Source: Spirochaetales bacterium (lineage in GTDB: Bacteria; Spirochaetota; Spirochaetia; JABEVK01). From it: a stretch of 29,319 nucleotides of DNA. Shown piece by piece: positions 15,586 through 24,611 of this stretch. The stretch spans positions 1 through 29,319 of the forward strand of contig JBAXAI010000042.1 in NCBI GenBank assembly GCA_037142615.1, given 5' to 3'. The notes beneath the pieces were generated by a model. That model made no database searches. It was not told the DNA's origin and worked only from the letters and a program-made list of their open reading frames with translations. Every line of letters begins with the position of its first letter. Positions within the stretch are counted from its first letter, which is position 1. A program made the position numbers and the translations under genes.

Positions 15586-16373
15586 AGAATCACCTTGCGC
15601 AGCGCGTTCGACACGGCTTCGAGGGCCAACACGACGATGACGATGCAGAGGGTGACCAGCGCCGCCGAGGGGTAGTTGAGGCTTTTGTAGTACAGATCGA
15701 AGCTGAACCCGATACCTGTGCCGGTGAGCAAGCCCACCAATGTGGCGCTCCGGATGTTGGTTTCGAGCATGAAGAGCATCCAGCTGGTGAGCGAAGGCAG
15801 CAGCGTGGGGATCACGGCTTGCGAAACCACCGTGCCCCAGGGCGCACCGGTAGCCCGCAGCCCTTCGACGGGCTCCGCCGCCGTCTCGTCGGTGATCTCG
15901 AGAAAGGAGCGCGTCAAGAAGCCCACGGATTCCAGCAAGAGGGCCAGCAGGCCCGTGACGTAGGTTTGGCCAAAGGCCAGCAAGAAGATCATGGCCCAAG
16001 CCACCACGGGGATGTTGCGTCCCAACGATCCGAGCGCCCGGACAAGGGGCGTGAAGACCGCGTGGGGGCGCGTGGTCCGGCTACCGAGCAGAGCCAGGCC
16101 GAAACTCACGACAGCCGCAAGAACCGTGGCCTGAACCGACACCACAACGGTTTCGCCCAGGCGGTTCAGGATCGAAGGCAGGTTGTTCCAGGCGCGTTCG
16201 TTGGGAAGGAAGTTGGCGCCCATCCAAGCAAAGGCGCGCGGAAACGACGCGACACCCTCGGCAAAGTCGAACCCGGTCAGAAGGGCCGAGCCCCACACCA
16301 GCACGAGCAGGGTGCCCAGAAGCCCCCAGAGCAGCAGGTTGCGGTCTCGGAAGACTTTCCCGACGCGGGTCAC
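15582..16373 (-). CDS. phnE: Phosphonate ABC transporter permease
   Basis: RNIPVVAWAMIF, VEGLRATGA, ETNIRSATLVG. Confidence 0.9.
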   Translation of the reverse strand: MTRVGKVFRDRNLLLWGLLGTLLVLVWGSALLTGFDFAEGVASFPRAFAWMGANFLPNERAWNNLPSILNRLGETVVVSVQATVLAAVVSFGLALLGSRTTRPHAVFTPLVRALGSLGRNIPVVAWAMIFLLAFGQTYVTGLLALLLESVGFLTRSFLEITDETAAEPVEGLRATGAPWGTVVSQAVIPTLLPSLTSWMLFMLETNIRSATLVGLLTGTGIGFSFDLYYKSLNYPSAALVTLCIVIVVLALEAVSNALRKVIL

Positions 16374-17143
16374 TCCTCCACCCCCTCTACCAGCAGATCC
16401 TCGTGGTTCTGCCCGTAGATGGCGGCAATCGTTTTCTTTTTGAGGTGCTTGGGCGCGTCGTCAAACTCGACCCGCCCCGCCCGGATGCCGACGATCCGGT
16501 CGGCGTACTTCATGGCCACCTCGACCTGGTGCAGGTTGACCACAATGGTGATGCCCTGCTCGTCGCAGATGCGACGCAGTTCGTCCATGATCACTTTGGA
16601 CGACGCCGGGTCGAGCGACGCGATGGGCTCGTCGCACAGGATGATGCGCGGATCCTGGATGAGCGCCCGGGCGATGCCCACGCGCTGCTTCTGCCCGCCC
16701 GACAAGCGGTCGCAGCGCTGGTGAGCCTGGCCCTCAAGGCCCAGATGCACCAGCAGTTCGAGGGCGCGTTCCTTTTCCGACTGCGAGTACAGGCCCAGTA
16801 GCCCGGCCCAGGCGCCCTTGAACCCCAGGCGCCCGTGCAGCACATTCTCGATCACGGTCAGCCGGGGGACAAGGTTGGAGTGCTGAAAAATCATTCCCAC
16901 CCGTGTTCGAAGGCTGCGGAGCCCCCGGCGGCGGAGGGTGGTGACCTCGATGTTGTCGACGCGGATCCGCCCGGTGGAAGGCTCCACCAAGCGGTTGATG
17001 CAGCGCAGCAGCGTCGACTTGCCGGCGCCCGAACGGCCGATGATGGCGACAAACTCGCCCTTTTTGACCGTCAGAGACACCGAACTCAACGCGGAGACCC
17101 CCCGGTAATCCTTGGAAAGATGTTCCACTTCGAGGATGTTCAT
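16370..17143 (-). CDS. phnC: Phosphonate ABC transporter ATP-binding protein
   Basis: GRSGAGKSTLLRCINRL, ENVLHGRL, LSGGQKQRV, CDEPIASLDP, NLHQV. Confidence 0.95.
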   Translation of the reverse strand: MNILEVEHLSKDYRGVSALSSVSLTVKKGEFVAIIGRSGAGKSTLLRCINRLVEPSTGRIRVDNIEVTTLRRRGLRSLRTRVGMIFQHSNLVPRLTVIENVLHGRLGFKGAWAGLLGLYSQSEKERALELLVHLGLEGQAHQRCDRLSGGQKQRVGIARALIQDPRIILCDEPIASLDPASSKVIMDELRRICDEQGITIVVNLHQVEVAMKYADRIVGIRAGRVEFDDAPKHLKKKTIAAIYGQNHEDLLVEGVEE

Positions 17144-17165
17144 GGCGGGGTCTCCTTGTTCGGCT

Positions 17166-18197
17166 CTAGTTGTTCAGCATGGCACGGATGGGATCCCACC
17201 AGGCGTTGCTCGCGGCGATGAAGTGGTTCTTGCCGTTTTGCTTGTTCAGTGCAGCGCCCTTGGTTCCCTTGGGCAGGAAGATCTGCGGATTCTGGGCGGT
17301 CGAGTCGGCCAGGAAGGCATCCTGCAGCGCCTTGAGCTGGGCGGCGGTGAACAGGTCGGTGTTGACGGCGATGGGGGCGTTGCGCACTTGGATGGCGGCG
17401 AGCACCGTGAACTGGGCACCGGCCAGGGTGTCGAAGGGAGCCGCGGCGCCCTGCTTGACCTGGTAGGTGGCGCCGACGGTGTTGGCCGTGCCCGAAATCA
17501 GGTCGAGGTAGCTGTCGACGTCGATGTCGTCCACGGCGCCCACATCGGCCTTGCCGGTGAGCACGTTGACCAGCGAGCCCTGGTGGCTCTGACCGAACAC
17601 CACGTTTCCGAAGAACTTGCCGGAACCGCCTTCCAGGAAGAGGTCCTCGACTTTCTTGTCGGCGAACTTCTCGGCCTTGCCGAAGGTGCTCTTGATCAGG
17701 TTCGAAGGAAACACGAAGCCCGAGGTCGAGCTGGTCGACACGAAGCTGAAGGTCTTGCCCTTGATGTTGTCGAGAACGTACTTGCCGTCCTTCATGTACA
17801 TCGAGGCGTTGTCGGCCTTCACGACGATGCGGCTGTAGTAGTAGGCGTCGTCGAGGGTGCCTGAGTCACCCGACGAGACCACCAGCGGCTGAACCTTGGG
17901 GTTCTTGGCCTGAGCCTGAAGAAAGCCCACGGCGCCGGGGTAGGCAATGGCGGCGTTGCCGGTGGCCAGGGCCTCGATGGCGATCACGTAGTCGGTGGTC
18001 AGCTTGTCGACGACGGGCCGTCCGGTGGCCTTCGACACCAGGTCGTTGATGGCCTGGCGGGCGGATTTCCAGTCCTCGCCCGAGTTGTTGGGGTACCAAA
18101 CCGCCACGATGGGCTTGGTGGTAGCTTCGGGAGTTCCGTTGGCCCACGCGCCAAGCGCGAGGGTTGCAAACAGAGCGGCGAGCGCAATCTTCTTCAT
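17166..18197 (-). CDS. phnD: Phosphonate ABC transporter substrate-binding protein
   Basis: Signal peptide; YYSRI, SSTSG, SHQGS, ADVGA motifs; directly upstream of phnC. Confidence 0.9.
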   Translation of the reverse strand: MKKIALAALFATLALGAWANGTPEATTKPIVAVWYPNNSGEDWKSARQAINDLVSKATGRPVVDKLTTDYVIAIEALATGNAAIAYPGAVGFLQAQAKNPKVQPLVVSSGDSGTLDDAYYYSRIVVKADNASMYMKDGKYVLDNIKGKTFSFVSTSSTSGFVFPSNLIKSTFGKAEKFADKKVEDLFLEGGSGKFFGNVVFGQSHQGSLVNVLTGKADVGAVDDIDVDSYLDLISGTANTVGATYQVKQGAAAPFDTLAGAQFTVLAAIQVRNAPIAVNTDLFTAAQLKALQDAFLADSTAQNPQIFLPKGTKGAALNKQNGKNHFIAASNAWWDPIRAMLNN

Positions 18198-18261
18198 GAT
18201 GAACCTTCCTTTTTGGATGTTCCGGGCCGCTGCCCGGATGGTGGAGAGTTTGTTCCGAGTG

Positions 18262-18321
18262 GGTGAAGGGAAGATGAGCGTTGCTTTCAGAATCTTGTGT
18301 TTTGGGTGAGGAAGCGGTTAG
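18262..18321 (-). promoter_or_regulatory. Two PHO-box-like repeat pairs upstream of phnD (internal promoter)
   Basis: Minus strand CTAACC-GCTTC-CTCACC and CTCATC-TTCCC-TTCACC, each with 11-bp spacing. Confidence 0.7.
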
Positions 18322-19019
18322 GCCAGCTTTCCGCCGCTCATCGGGTACTCACGATCGCAGAGGGCGCCCATGAACTCGAGGTCGTGGAAGATGCCGAGCA
18401 TGGTCACGCCCTCGGCCTTGAGCTGCTCGAGCAGCACGCGCACGCGCTCTTTGGAGTGCTGGTCCAAGCTGGCGGTGGGTTCGTCGAGCAGCAGCAACCG
18501 GGGCTTTTTCACCATGGCGCGGGCGATGTTCAGGCGCAGTTTCTCGCCACCCGAGAAGGTGTTCACGTAGCTGTCCCACAGGCTGGCGTCGAGCTCAAAG
18601 TGCCGCAGCATGCGCTCGGCTTCGTCGTGGGCCTCGTCGGGACTGCCACCGCGGTCGAGCACCGAGTGTTCCAGAACTTGGCGGGCCGACGTACGAGGTA
18701 TGACGCCCAGGAATTGGCTGATGTAGCCCAGCTCGCGCTGGCGCAAGGCCAGCACCTGCCGGTCGCTGAGGTGACCCAGGTCGACGGGCCCCCATAGCGT
18801 TGACAGGTAGTCGAGCGTGCCCGTCTGCGGCAGGTAGGTGCGGTAGATGAGCTTGAGCACCGTCGACTTGCCGCTGCCGCTGCGGCCGGTGATGCCCACA
18901 AACTCGCCCTGGCCCACCGAGAACGACACGTCGCGGCAACCCTCCAGGTTCTTGCCCAGGGCATGAATGTGAAAGCCTTTGGTCAGGTTCTCGACCTTGA
19001 GTACGGTCGTGGGGCTCAT
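18318..19019 (-). CDS. phnL: C-P lyase ABC-type ATPase PhnL
   Basis: VENLTKGFHIH, GRSGSGKS, IYRTYLP, YISQFL..IPR, TFSGGEK, LDEPTASLD, GIFHD; ATGA overlap. Confidence 0.93.
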   Translation of the reverse strand: MSPTTVLKVENLTKGFHIHALGKNLEGCRDVSFSVGQGEFVGITGRSGSGKSTVLKLIYRTYLPQTGTLDYLSTLWGPVDLGHLSDRQVLALRQRELGYISQFLGVIPRTSARQVLEHSVLDRGGSPDEAHDEAERMLRHFELDASLWDSYVNTFSGGEKLRLNIARAMVKKPRLLLLDEPTASLDQHSKERVRVLLEQLKAEGVTMLGIFHDLEFMGALCDREYPMSGGKLA

Positions 19020-19633
19020 GACGGGGCCCACTTGTCGAGAAAGGCCTGCACATCGCCGCTGAAGTCGTCCAGTCGTTCTTTCAGGGTCTCGTGCGGCCAG
19101 TCCCACCACTGCAGCGCGACCAGCCGGCGCACGGTCTCGGCATCGAAGCGGGGGCGAAGCACGCGGGCCGGTACCCCCGCCACGATGGTGTAGGGGGCCA
19201 CATCCTTGGTCACCACCGCGCCCGACCCGATCACCGCGCCATCGCCGACGATGAGGCCGGGCATGAGCGTCGCGCCGTGGCCAATCCAGGTGTCGTTGCC
19301 TACGTGGGTGACTTGGCTGCGCCGCCACGCAAAAAAAGCCTCGTCGTCGCGGTCGGCCAGCTCGTACAGCCGGCGGCGGTAGGTGAAGTGGTGCAGGGTG
19401 GGGCGATCGAGCGGGTGCATGGTGGGCCCGATGCGCACCGAGGCGGCGATGTTGGCAAACTTGCCGATGACGCAGTTCTGGAAGATGCCGAAGGGGCCGG
19501 TGTAGCTGTAGTCGCCGAGCACGACATTCTCGAGCACGCTGTGCTCGCCGACTTCCGTCCAGGCGCCCAGTGTCGCTTCGGTCAGCGCCACCGAACCATG
19601 CACGGTGGGCCGCGGCGAAAGCGGGGCGCTCAC
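19016..19633 (-). CDS. Left-handed beta-helix (hexapeptide) acetyltransferase, phn-associated
   Basis: LGDYSY, IGKFANIA, HHFTYR, VGNDTWIGHGA, IVAGVPA, WWDW; GTGA overlap with phnM. Confidence 0.88.
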   Translation of the reverse strand: MSAPLSPRPTVHGSVALTEATLGAWTEVGEHSVLENVVLGDYSYTGPFGIFQNCVIGKFANIAASVRIGPTMHPLDRPTLHHFTYRRRLYELADRDDEAFFAWRRSQVTHVGNDTWIGHGATLMPGLIVGDGAVIGSGAVVTKDVAPYTIVAGVPARVLRPRFDAETVRRLVALQWWDWPHETLKERLDDFSGDVQAFLDKWAPS

Positions 19634-20799
19634 AAGCGGTAGCCCGTGCTCAGCAGTTGCCGCCCTTCGACGAGGGCATTGGCCACGTACGGGAACCCAT
19701 CCGCCAGCGTTCGGACCACGAGCACATCGGCCCGCTTGCCGACTTCGAGAGACCCGAGCTCGTTGCCCAGACCCACGGCCCGCGCGGGGTTGAGCGAGAC
19801 AAGCCGCGTCATCGCAGCGAGGGACAGGCCCTTCTCGTGGTGTAGCTGGAACACGGCGTGCAACAGCGACGCGGGGTAGTAGTCGCTGCACAGCACGTCA
19901 ACCGAACCCTGCACAATCGCCTCGGTGGCCGAAAGGTTGCCCGAGTGCGAGCCTCCCAACAAGACGTTGGGCGCCCCAGCCACGGTGTGAAGGCCGCGCC
20001 TTTTGGCTTCGGCCGCCACTTCGAGGGTGATGGGAAACTCGCTGATGGTGGAGCCCAGCGCTTGCACGACGTCGAGCTTCTCGACGGTGTCGTCGTCGTG
20101 GCTGGCCACGGCAATCCCGGCGGCGCGCGCCAGGGCGGCAATCTCCTGAAGCGTCTCGAAAGGAACTTTGGCCCTGTTCTGGCTTGTTTGGATGAGCGTG
20201 TCGGCCTCACCGTCGGCGAGCTTGCGGTAGCCCTTGAGAATGAGCTTGTACAGCTCCAGGTCACGGTACTGGCCTTGCCCCGGGCTGTGGTCCATGAAGC
20301 TCAAGAGGTGCACCTTGCCGTCGCGGATCAGGTCCTTGAGCTCGTCGACCCGTTCCAGGTTGTCGATCTCGAAACGGGCGTGGAAGCGGTGGCGGATCTG
20401 GTGGTCGTTGTGGTGGCTCTGGTGGATAAGGTCGATGAGTTGGCGCGAGTTCTCGGCCGAGCGTATGGGGTTGCTCCCGAAGTCGGTGCTGCCATAGAAG
20501 CTCAGCGAGTGGAACATGGTGGTGATGCCATGCGTGAGCAGTTCGCGTTCGGCCTCGCGAAGGCTGAGCCCGAAGCGCATCAGCGAGGTGGGGCGGGGCG
20601 CCGCCATGTGTTCGATATAGTCGGCGTGGATGTCGAGAAAGCCCGGCATTACCAGCGCGCCCGACGCATCGATGCGCTCGGCGTCGGTCTTCAGGTCACG
20701 GCCGATGGCGGTGATGCGCCCCCCCTCGAGGAGGACGTCGTGCTGTTCGAGCAGTGCGTCAGGACCGACCACGGTCCCGTTCTGAATCAAAATCGGCAT
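19630..20799 (-). CDS. phnM: Alpha-D-ribose 1-methylphosphonate 5-triphosphate diphosphatase
   Basis: PGFLDIHAD, GITTMFHSLS, MDHSPGQGQYR, ASHDD, SEFP, GAPNVLLGGSHSGN, SDYYP. Confidence 0.95.
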   Translation of the reverse strand: MPILIQNGTVVGPDALLEQHDVLLEGGRITAIGRDLKTDAERIDASGALVMPGFLDIHADYIEHMAAPRPTSLMRFGLSLREAERELLTHGITTMFHSLSFYGSTDFGSNPIRSAENSRQLIDLIHQSHHNDHQIRHRFHARFEIDNLERVDELKDLIRDGKVHLLSFMDHSPGQGQYRDLELYKLILKGYRKLADGEADTLIQTSQNRAKVPFETLQEIAALARAAGIAVASHDDDTVEKLDVVQALGSTISEFPITLEVAAEAKRRGLHTVAGAPNVLLGGSHSGNLSATEAIVQGSVDVLCSDYYPASLLHAVFQLHHEKGLSLAAMTRLVSLNPARAVGLGNELGSLEVGKRADVLVVRTLADGFPYVANALVEGRQLLSTGYRL

Positions 20800-20812
20800 A
20801 GCCTTCCTCACC

Positions 20813-21652
20813 TTACAAGAGCGATTGCACCAGTTCCTGGGTGTACGGGTGCTGGGGATCCTCGAGAATCTGGTCAGTCAAACCTTGCTCCACGACCCGG
20901 CCGTCGAGCATGACCAGGGTGCGGTCGGCCAGCATGCGGATGACACCCAGATCGTGGCTGACCAGCAGCATCCCCACCTGAAGTTCGCGTTTCAGGGCAC
21001 GGATCAGGTCGAGCACCTTGGCCTGCACTGAAAGGTCGAGACCCGTGGTCACCTCGTCGAGCAGAAGCAGCGGCGGCCGGTTCGAGAGTGCCTTGGCGAT
21101 CTGTACCCGCTGTTGCATGCCGCCCGAAAACCGCCGCGGCGCTTCCTTCCAGCGCTGCAAGGGCAAGTTGACGTGCTCGAGCAGTTCGCTGGCCCGGGCT
21201 TCCATCGAGCCTACCGAGCGCCCACCGGCCGCGATGAGCTTCTCGGCGATGTTGGCCAGCGCCGAGAAATCCATCTTGAGACCATCGGCCGGGTTCTGGT
21301 ACACCATGCCGAGCACCGTGTTGCGGATCTGGCGTCGGCGCTGGTCGCTGGCTTCGAGCACGTTCTCGCGGCCCTCACCCACGGCCGACAGGTAGACGGC
21401 GCCGCTGGTGGCTGGCTGGTCGAAGTACAAGCACTTCATCAGCGTCGACTTGCCGCTGCCCGACTCGCCCACGACGCCCACCACCTCGTTGGGCCGGACG
21501 TCGAGGCTGACGTCGCCCAACGCGTGCACGGTGCCGCAGCGGGTGCAGTAGTTCTTGCGCAGGTCGGGCTCGGGCCCGAGGCAACGCGAACAGCCGGGGC
21601 CGAAGCGGCGGCTGAGGTGTTCGACGGTGAGCAGGGGCGAAGGCTCACGCAT
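20813..21652 (-). CDS. phnK: C-P lyase ABC-type ATPase PhnK
   Basis: GESGSGKST, VYQNPADGL, FSGGMQQRVQIA, DEVTTGLDLSVQA, GLTDQILEDPQHPYTQ. Confidence 0.95.
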   Translation of the reverse strand: MREPSPLLTVEHLSRRFGPGCSRCLGPEPDLRKNYCTRCGTVHALGDVSLDVRPNEVVGVVGESGSGKSTLMKCLYFDQPATSGAVYLSAVGEGRENVLEASDQRRRQIRNTVLGMVYQNPADGLKMDFSALANIAEKLIAAGGRSVGSMEARASELLEHVNLPLQRWKEAPRRFSGGMQQRVQIAKALSNRPPLLLLDEVTTGLDLSVQAKVLDLIRALKRELQVGMLLVSHDLGVIRMLADRTLVMLDGRVVEQGLTDQILEDPQHPYTQELVQSLL

Positions 21653-22487
21653 GGGGTGTCCCCGCGTTGAGCCGTTCCAGGCAGTACCCGGTGTCGTTGC
21701 ACTGGTAGAGCGCCCCGCCGTCCTGGGGAAGTTCATCGAGGAAGACCCCCGTGGCGCCGCAAAGGCGGCAGGCCTTGCCCTCGAACCCCTCCACGCGGAA
21801 CGGCCGGTCGCCAAACGCGAGCGACGCGACCCGGGTAAAGGGCGGCACGGCGTAGATCTTCTTCTCGCGGCCAGCCCCCAGGAGGATGAGGGCCCGCGAG
21901 TGGTCCATCTTGGGGTTGTCGAACCGGGGGATGGGGCTGGGTGCCATGACGTAGCGGCCCCCCACGAGAACCGGGTGGTCGCTGCCCGTGGTGTACGCGC
22001 CATAGCGCTGCAACTCCTCGAACAGCATCAACCACGCGCCCGTGTAGTCGGCCTCGGCATGCAGGCGCTTGGTGGCCAATTCCGACGGCTCGATGGCCCG
22101 CAGCGGCTCGGGAATCGGCACCTGCAACACGAGAACTTGATCTTCGCGCAGCGGCGCCTCGGGGATGCGGTGGCGGCTCTGGATGAGGGTGGCTTCGGCG
22201 GTACGGTCGGTGGTGGTCACGCCGGTTGTCGAGCGCACCAGTTTCTTGATGCTCACCGCGTTCACCGACTCGTCGGCCCCCTGGTCGATCACCTTGAGCG
22301 TGTCGGCGCGGCCAATGAGCGACAGCGTGATCTGCAGGCCGCCGGTCCCCCAGCCGCGGGCGATGGGCATCTCGCGACTGGCGAACGGCGTTTGGTAGCC
22401 CGGGATGCAGACACTTTTCAGAATGGCCCGCCGGATCTCGCGCTTCGAGCCCTCGTCGAAGAACGCGTAGTTGTAGAGGCTCTTCAT
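21645..22487 (-). CDS. phnJ: C-P lyase radical SAM subunit PhnJ
   Basis: IPGYQ (glycyl-radical Gly), REMP...GWGTGG, LKVIDQG, IQSRHRIPE, PSPIPRFD, GAGREK, Cx2Cx19Cx5C. Confidence 0.97.
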   Translation of the reverse strand: MKSLYNYAFFDEGSKREIRRAILKSVCIPGYQTPFASREMPIARGWGTGGLQITLSLIGRADTLKVIDQGADESVNAVSIKKLVRSTTGVTTTDRTAEATLIQSRHRIPEAPLREDQVLVLQVPIPEPLRAIEPSELATKRLHAEADYTGAWLMLFEELQRYGAYTTGSDHPVLVGGRYVMAPSPIPRFDNPKMDHSRALILLGAGREKKIYAVPPFTRVASLAFGDRPFRVEGFEGKACRLCGATGVFLDELPQDGGALYQCNDTGYCLERLNAGTPHA

Positions 22488-23551
22488 GGCGACTTCCTCG
22501 AAGCCCGGACACTTTCGAGCTTGGACTGAAAGGTGACGTAGTGCGGCAGCTTAAGGTGGCTGATGAAGCCGGTGGCCTCGACCGAATCCACGTGCAGCAG
22601 GACAAACTCCTCGTCGGCGAGGGGGCCCCCCGGACCCTGGCCCTCGGCGGCGGCGCTGAGCACCTGGTCGAGCAGGGCCATTGCGATAGCCTTGGTCTCG
22701 TTGCGGCCGTAGCACAGTCCGTAACCAAGGTCGAACTGCAGGTCGGTGCGCCCCTCGCCCCGGGGCAGTTCCACCGGCACGAGCATCTCGACCTCGGTGA
22801 CCCGGATCTCGCCCAGGAAGTGATCGTCTTCGGGGTCGCCGTCCGACAACGGATCGGCCACCGTCACAGGGAGCCTCCCTACGCGGAGCTCGCCGACCGT
22901 CGGGTGCAAAGCCCCGTAGCCGCGAAGCGACGCGTAGCCGAGCGCGGTGACCGTCCCCGTTTGGCCACGCGCGAGGATCTGCAACCGTTCCGAGCGCTTG
23001 GCCGGGAACTCCAGGCTCTTCTTGGTCACATCGCCCGGTGCGCTGGTGTCCAGAAGCAAGGTGGGGAGCAGGTCGAGCTGTCGCAGGTAGTCCACCACCT
23101 TGGGGTAGGTGCCTGCGCCGTCTTGCGGCCCCAGGTTGCGAGCCAACGCAGCCAGCTGGGCTTCGACCTCGTTGAAGCGCTCGTCGTCGAACTCGATGAG
23201 GCGGTGGGAGTAATCGCTGGTGGCGCCCAGCAGTTGACCGCCGGGAATGTCCTTGAAGGCTGCCGAGATCCGGCGCTCGACCCACAGGTCGGACGGGTCG
23301 ATCACGCGCGTGGTGTGCAAGCGCGGCACCGTGGACCGGAAGGCGCGCAGCAGGAACACGGCTTCCTCGGGCGAGCCGTCGGCCTGCGCCACGGCGAGCT
23401 CGGCGATGTCGGGAGCGTACAGACTGGCCTCGGCCATCACCTGGTCGATGAGGGCCGCGGGACGACCGGCCTGGGCTTTGCGTTCACGGCGCCACAGCAG
23501 CAGCGAGGCTTCGATGGCGCGGGTTCCCCCCTTGACGGCGACGTAGGCCAC
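22484..23551 (-). CDS. phnI: C-P lyase core subunit PhnI
   Basis: YVAVKGG, EAVFLLRAFR, RRISAAFKDIPGGQLLG, HPTVGELRVG, GFISHLKLPHYVTFQS; GTG start with RBS. Confidence 0.96.
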   Translation of the reverse strand: MAYVAVKGGTRAIEASLLLWRRERKAQAGRPAALIDQVMAEASLYAPDIAELAVAQADGSPEEAVFLLRAFRSTVPRLHTTRVIDPSDLWVERRISAAFKDIPGGQLLGATSDYSHRLIEFDDERFNEVEAQLAALARNLGPQDGAGTYPKVVDYLRQLDLLPTLLLDTSAPGDVTKKSLEFPAKRSERLQILARGQTGTVTALGYASLRGYGALHPTVGELRVGRLPVTVADPLSDGDPEDDHFLGEIRVTEVEMLVPVELPRGEGRTDLQFDLGYGLCYGRNETKAIAMALLDQVLSAAAEGQGPGGPLADEEFVLLHVDSVEATGFISHLKLPHYVTFQSKLESVRASRKSP

Positions 23552-23552
23552 G

Positions 23553-24143
23553 TTAGGTCCCTCCCCGGGTCTGTGTGGTGCGGGGCAGGGCCAGCACTCG
23601 GCCCCGAGCGTCAAAAAAGGCCAGGTCGAGCCCGAGAGGAAACTCGGAAACCCGGGCGTTGCGGGCCGCCAGCCAGCGCTCGCCCGAAGGGAGGTGGCAA
23701 GTCAGGGGGTGTTCCAGGCCGGGCCCGGTGAGCGTGACCGGCGAACCCGTGTCCAGTTCGTCCACGCCCACCAGCACGGTGGCGCCCAAGTGCGGATCGA
23801 TGAGGGTGCCGGTCCGCGCCCGTTCGAGCACGCCGGCCAGCCTCGCATCGTCAAAGGTGGCGACCACCAGAAAGGCCGAAGCGGACGCCGGCGACGGCGC
23901 GCTGGCGCTCCACTCGGTCAAGAACCGCGTCACCTCCGCCTGATCCGACCAGTACGTGGTCTCGTTGTCGATGAGGGTGGCGGCGGCCAGCAGCAGACCC
24001 GCCGGCGCCGGCGTTGGCGGCAGAAGCGACCCCAAGCGTTCGGCAGTCGCCGCGAGGTCTACCAGCGTGCCTGGAAAGGTGAAGGCCCGGAGCAGACCCC
24101 GGAAGGCCAGCTGCACATCGTGCACGCGGTCGAAGGCTGCCAT
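23553..24143 (-). CDS. phnH: C-P lyase subunit PhnH
   Basis: QLAFRGLLRAFTFPG, TLIDNET, GTLIDPHLGAT, LTGPG, FPLGLD, ALPRTT. Confidence 0.93.
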   Translation of the reverse strand: MAAFDRVHDVQLAFRGLLRAFTFPGTLVDLAATAERLGSLLPPTPAPAGLLLAAATLIDNETTYWSDQAEVTRFLTEWSASAPSPASASAFLVVATFDDARLAGVLERARTGTLIDPHLGATVLVGVDELDTGSPVTLTGPGLEHPLTCHLPSGERWLAARNARVSEFPLGLDLAFFDARGRVLALPRTTQTRGGT

Positions 24144-24580
24144 CACGCACCGGTATCCATGGTCTGAAAGTCGACCCGGGTGGTTTCGAGGAGGCGGCGC
24201 TCGTCGGCCAGTCGTGCCTCGAGGGCGGTTCCCGCGTCGTCCAGCCGGCCGTTCCAACCTTCTGTGACGGGCAGACCGGCCCGGTAGGCGGCGTCGACCA
24301 CGGCGAGGTCTTCGGCGAGGTCCTCGTTCCAGCCCTTGACCAGGCCCAAACCCAACGTGCCCGAGACGCGAACCTTGCATTCCGAAACCAGCACTTCGCC
24401 CAAGTGGAAGACGCTACGACGCGCGGTTTCGAGCACCTGCGCCATCACGAGGCCCGCCCGGGCCGGTTCGAGAACCTCAACGAGGTGGAGGGCGCGGACC
24501 TCCTGCGCCAGTTCGCGCGCGAGCTCCGGGGGGCTGAGGACAAGGAGGCGGGTGCGTTCGCGCCGGGTAAGGACCGTCAT
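24143..24580 (-). CDS. phnG: C-P lyase subunit PhnG
   Basis: GLVMAQV, FHLGEVLVSEC, AVVDA, C-terminal TRVDFQTM. Confidence 0.93.
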   Translation of the reverse strand: MTVLTRRERTRLLVLSPPELARELAQEVRALHLVEVLEPARAGLVMAQVLETARRSVFHLGEVLVSECKVRVSGTLGLGLVKGWNEDLAEDLAVVDAAYRAGLPVTEGWNGRLDDAGTALEARLADERRLLETTRVDFQTMDTGA

Positions 24581-24611
24581 GCTCGCTAGTCTGCCTTCCG
24601 CGTTGGATGGG

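Noticed and set aside
19016-19633. CatB/Vat antibiotic acetyltransferase
   Set aside because: Same fold, but the HHFTYR motif and coupling within the phn operon point to the phosphonate-associated family.
23440-23551. PhnI N-terminus looks about 10 aa shorter than E. coli PhnI (possible pseudogene)
   Set aside because: The frame is intact and all core motifs are present; the comparison is from memory and likely reflects normal variation.
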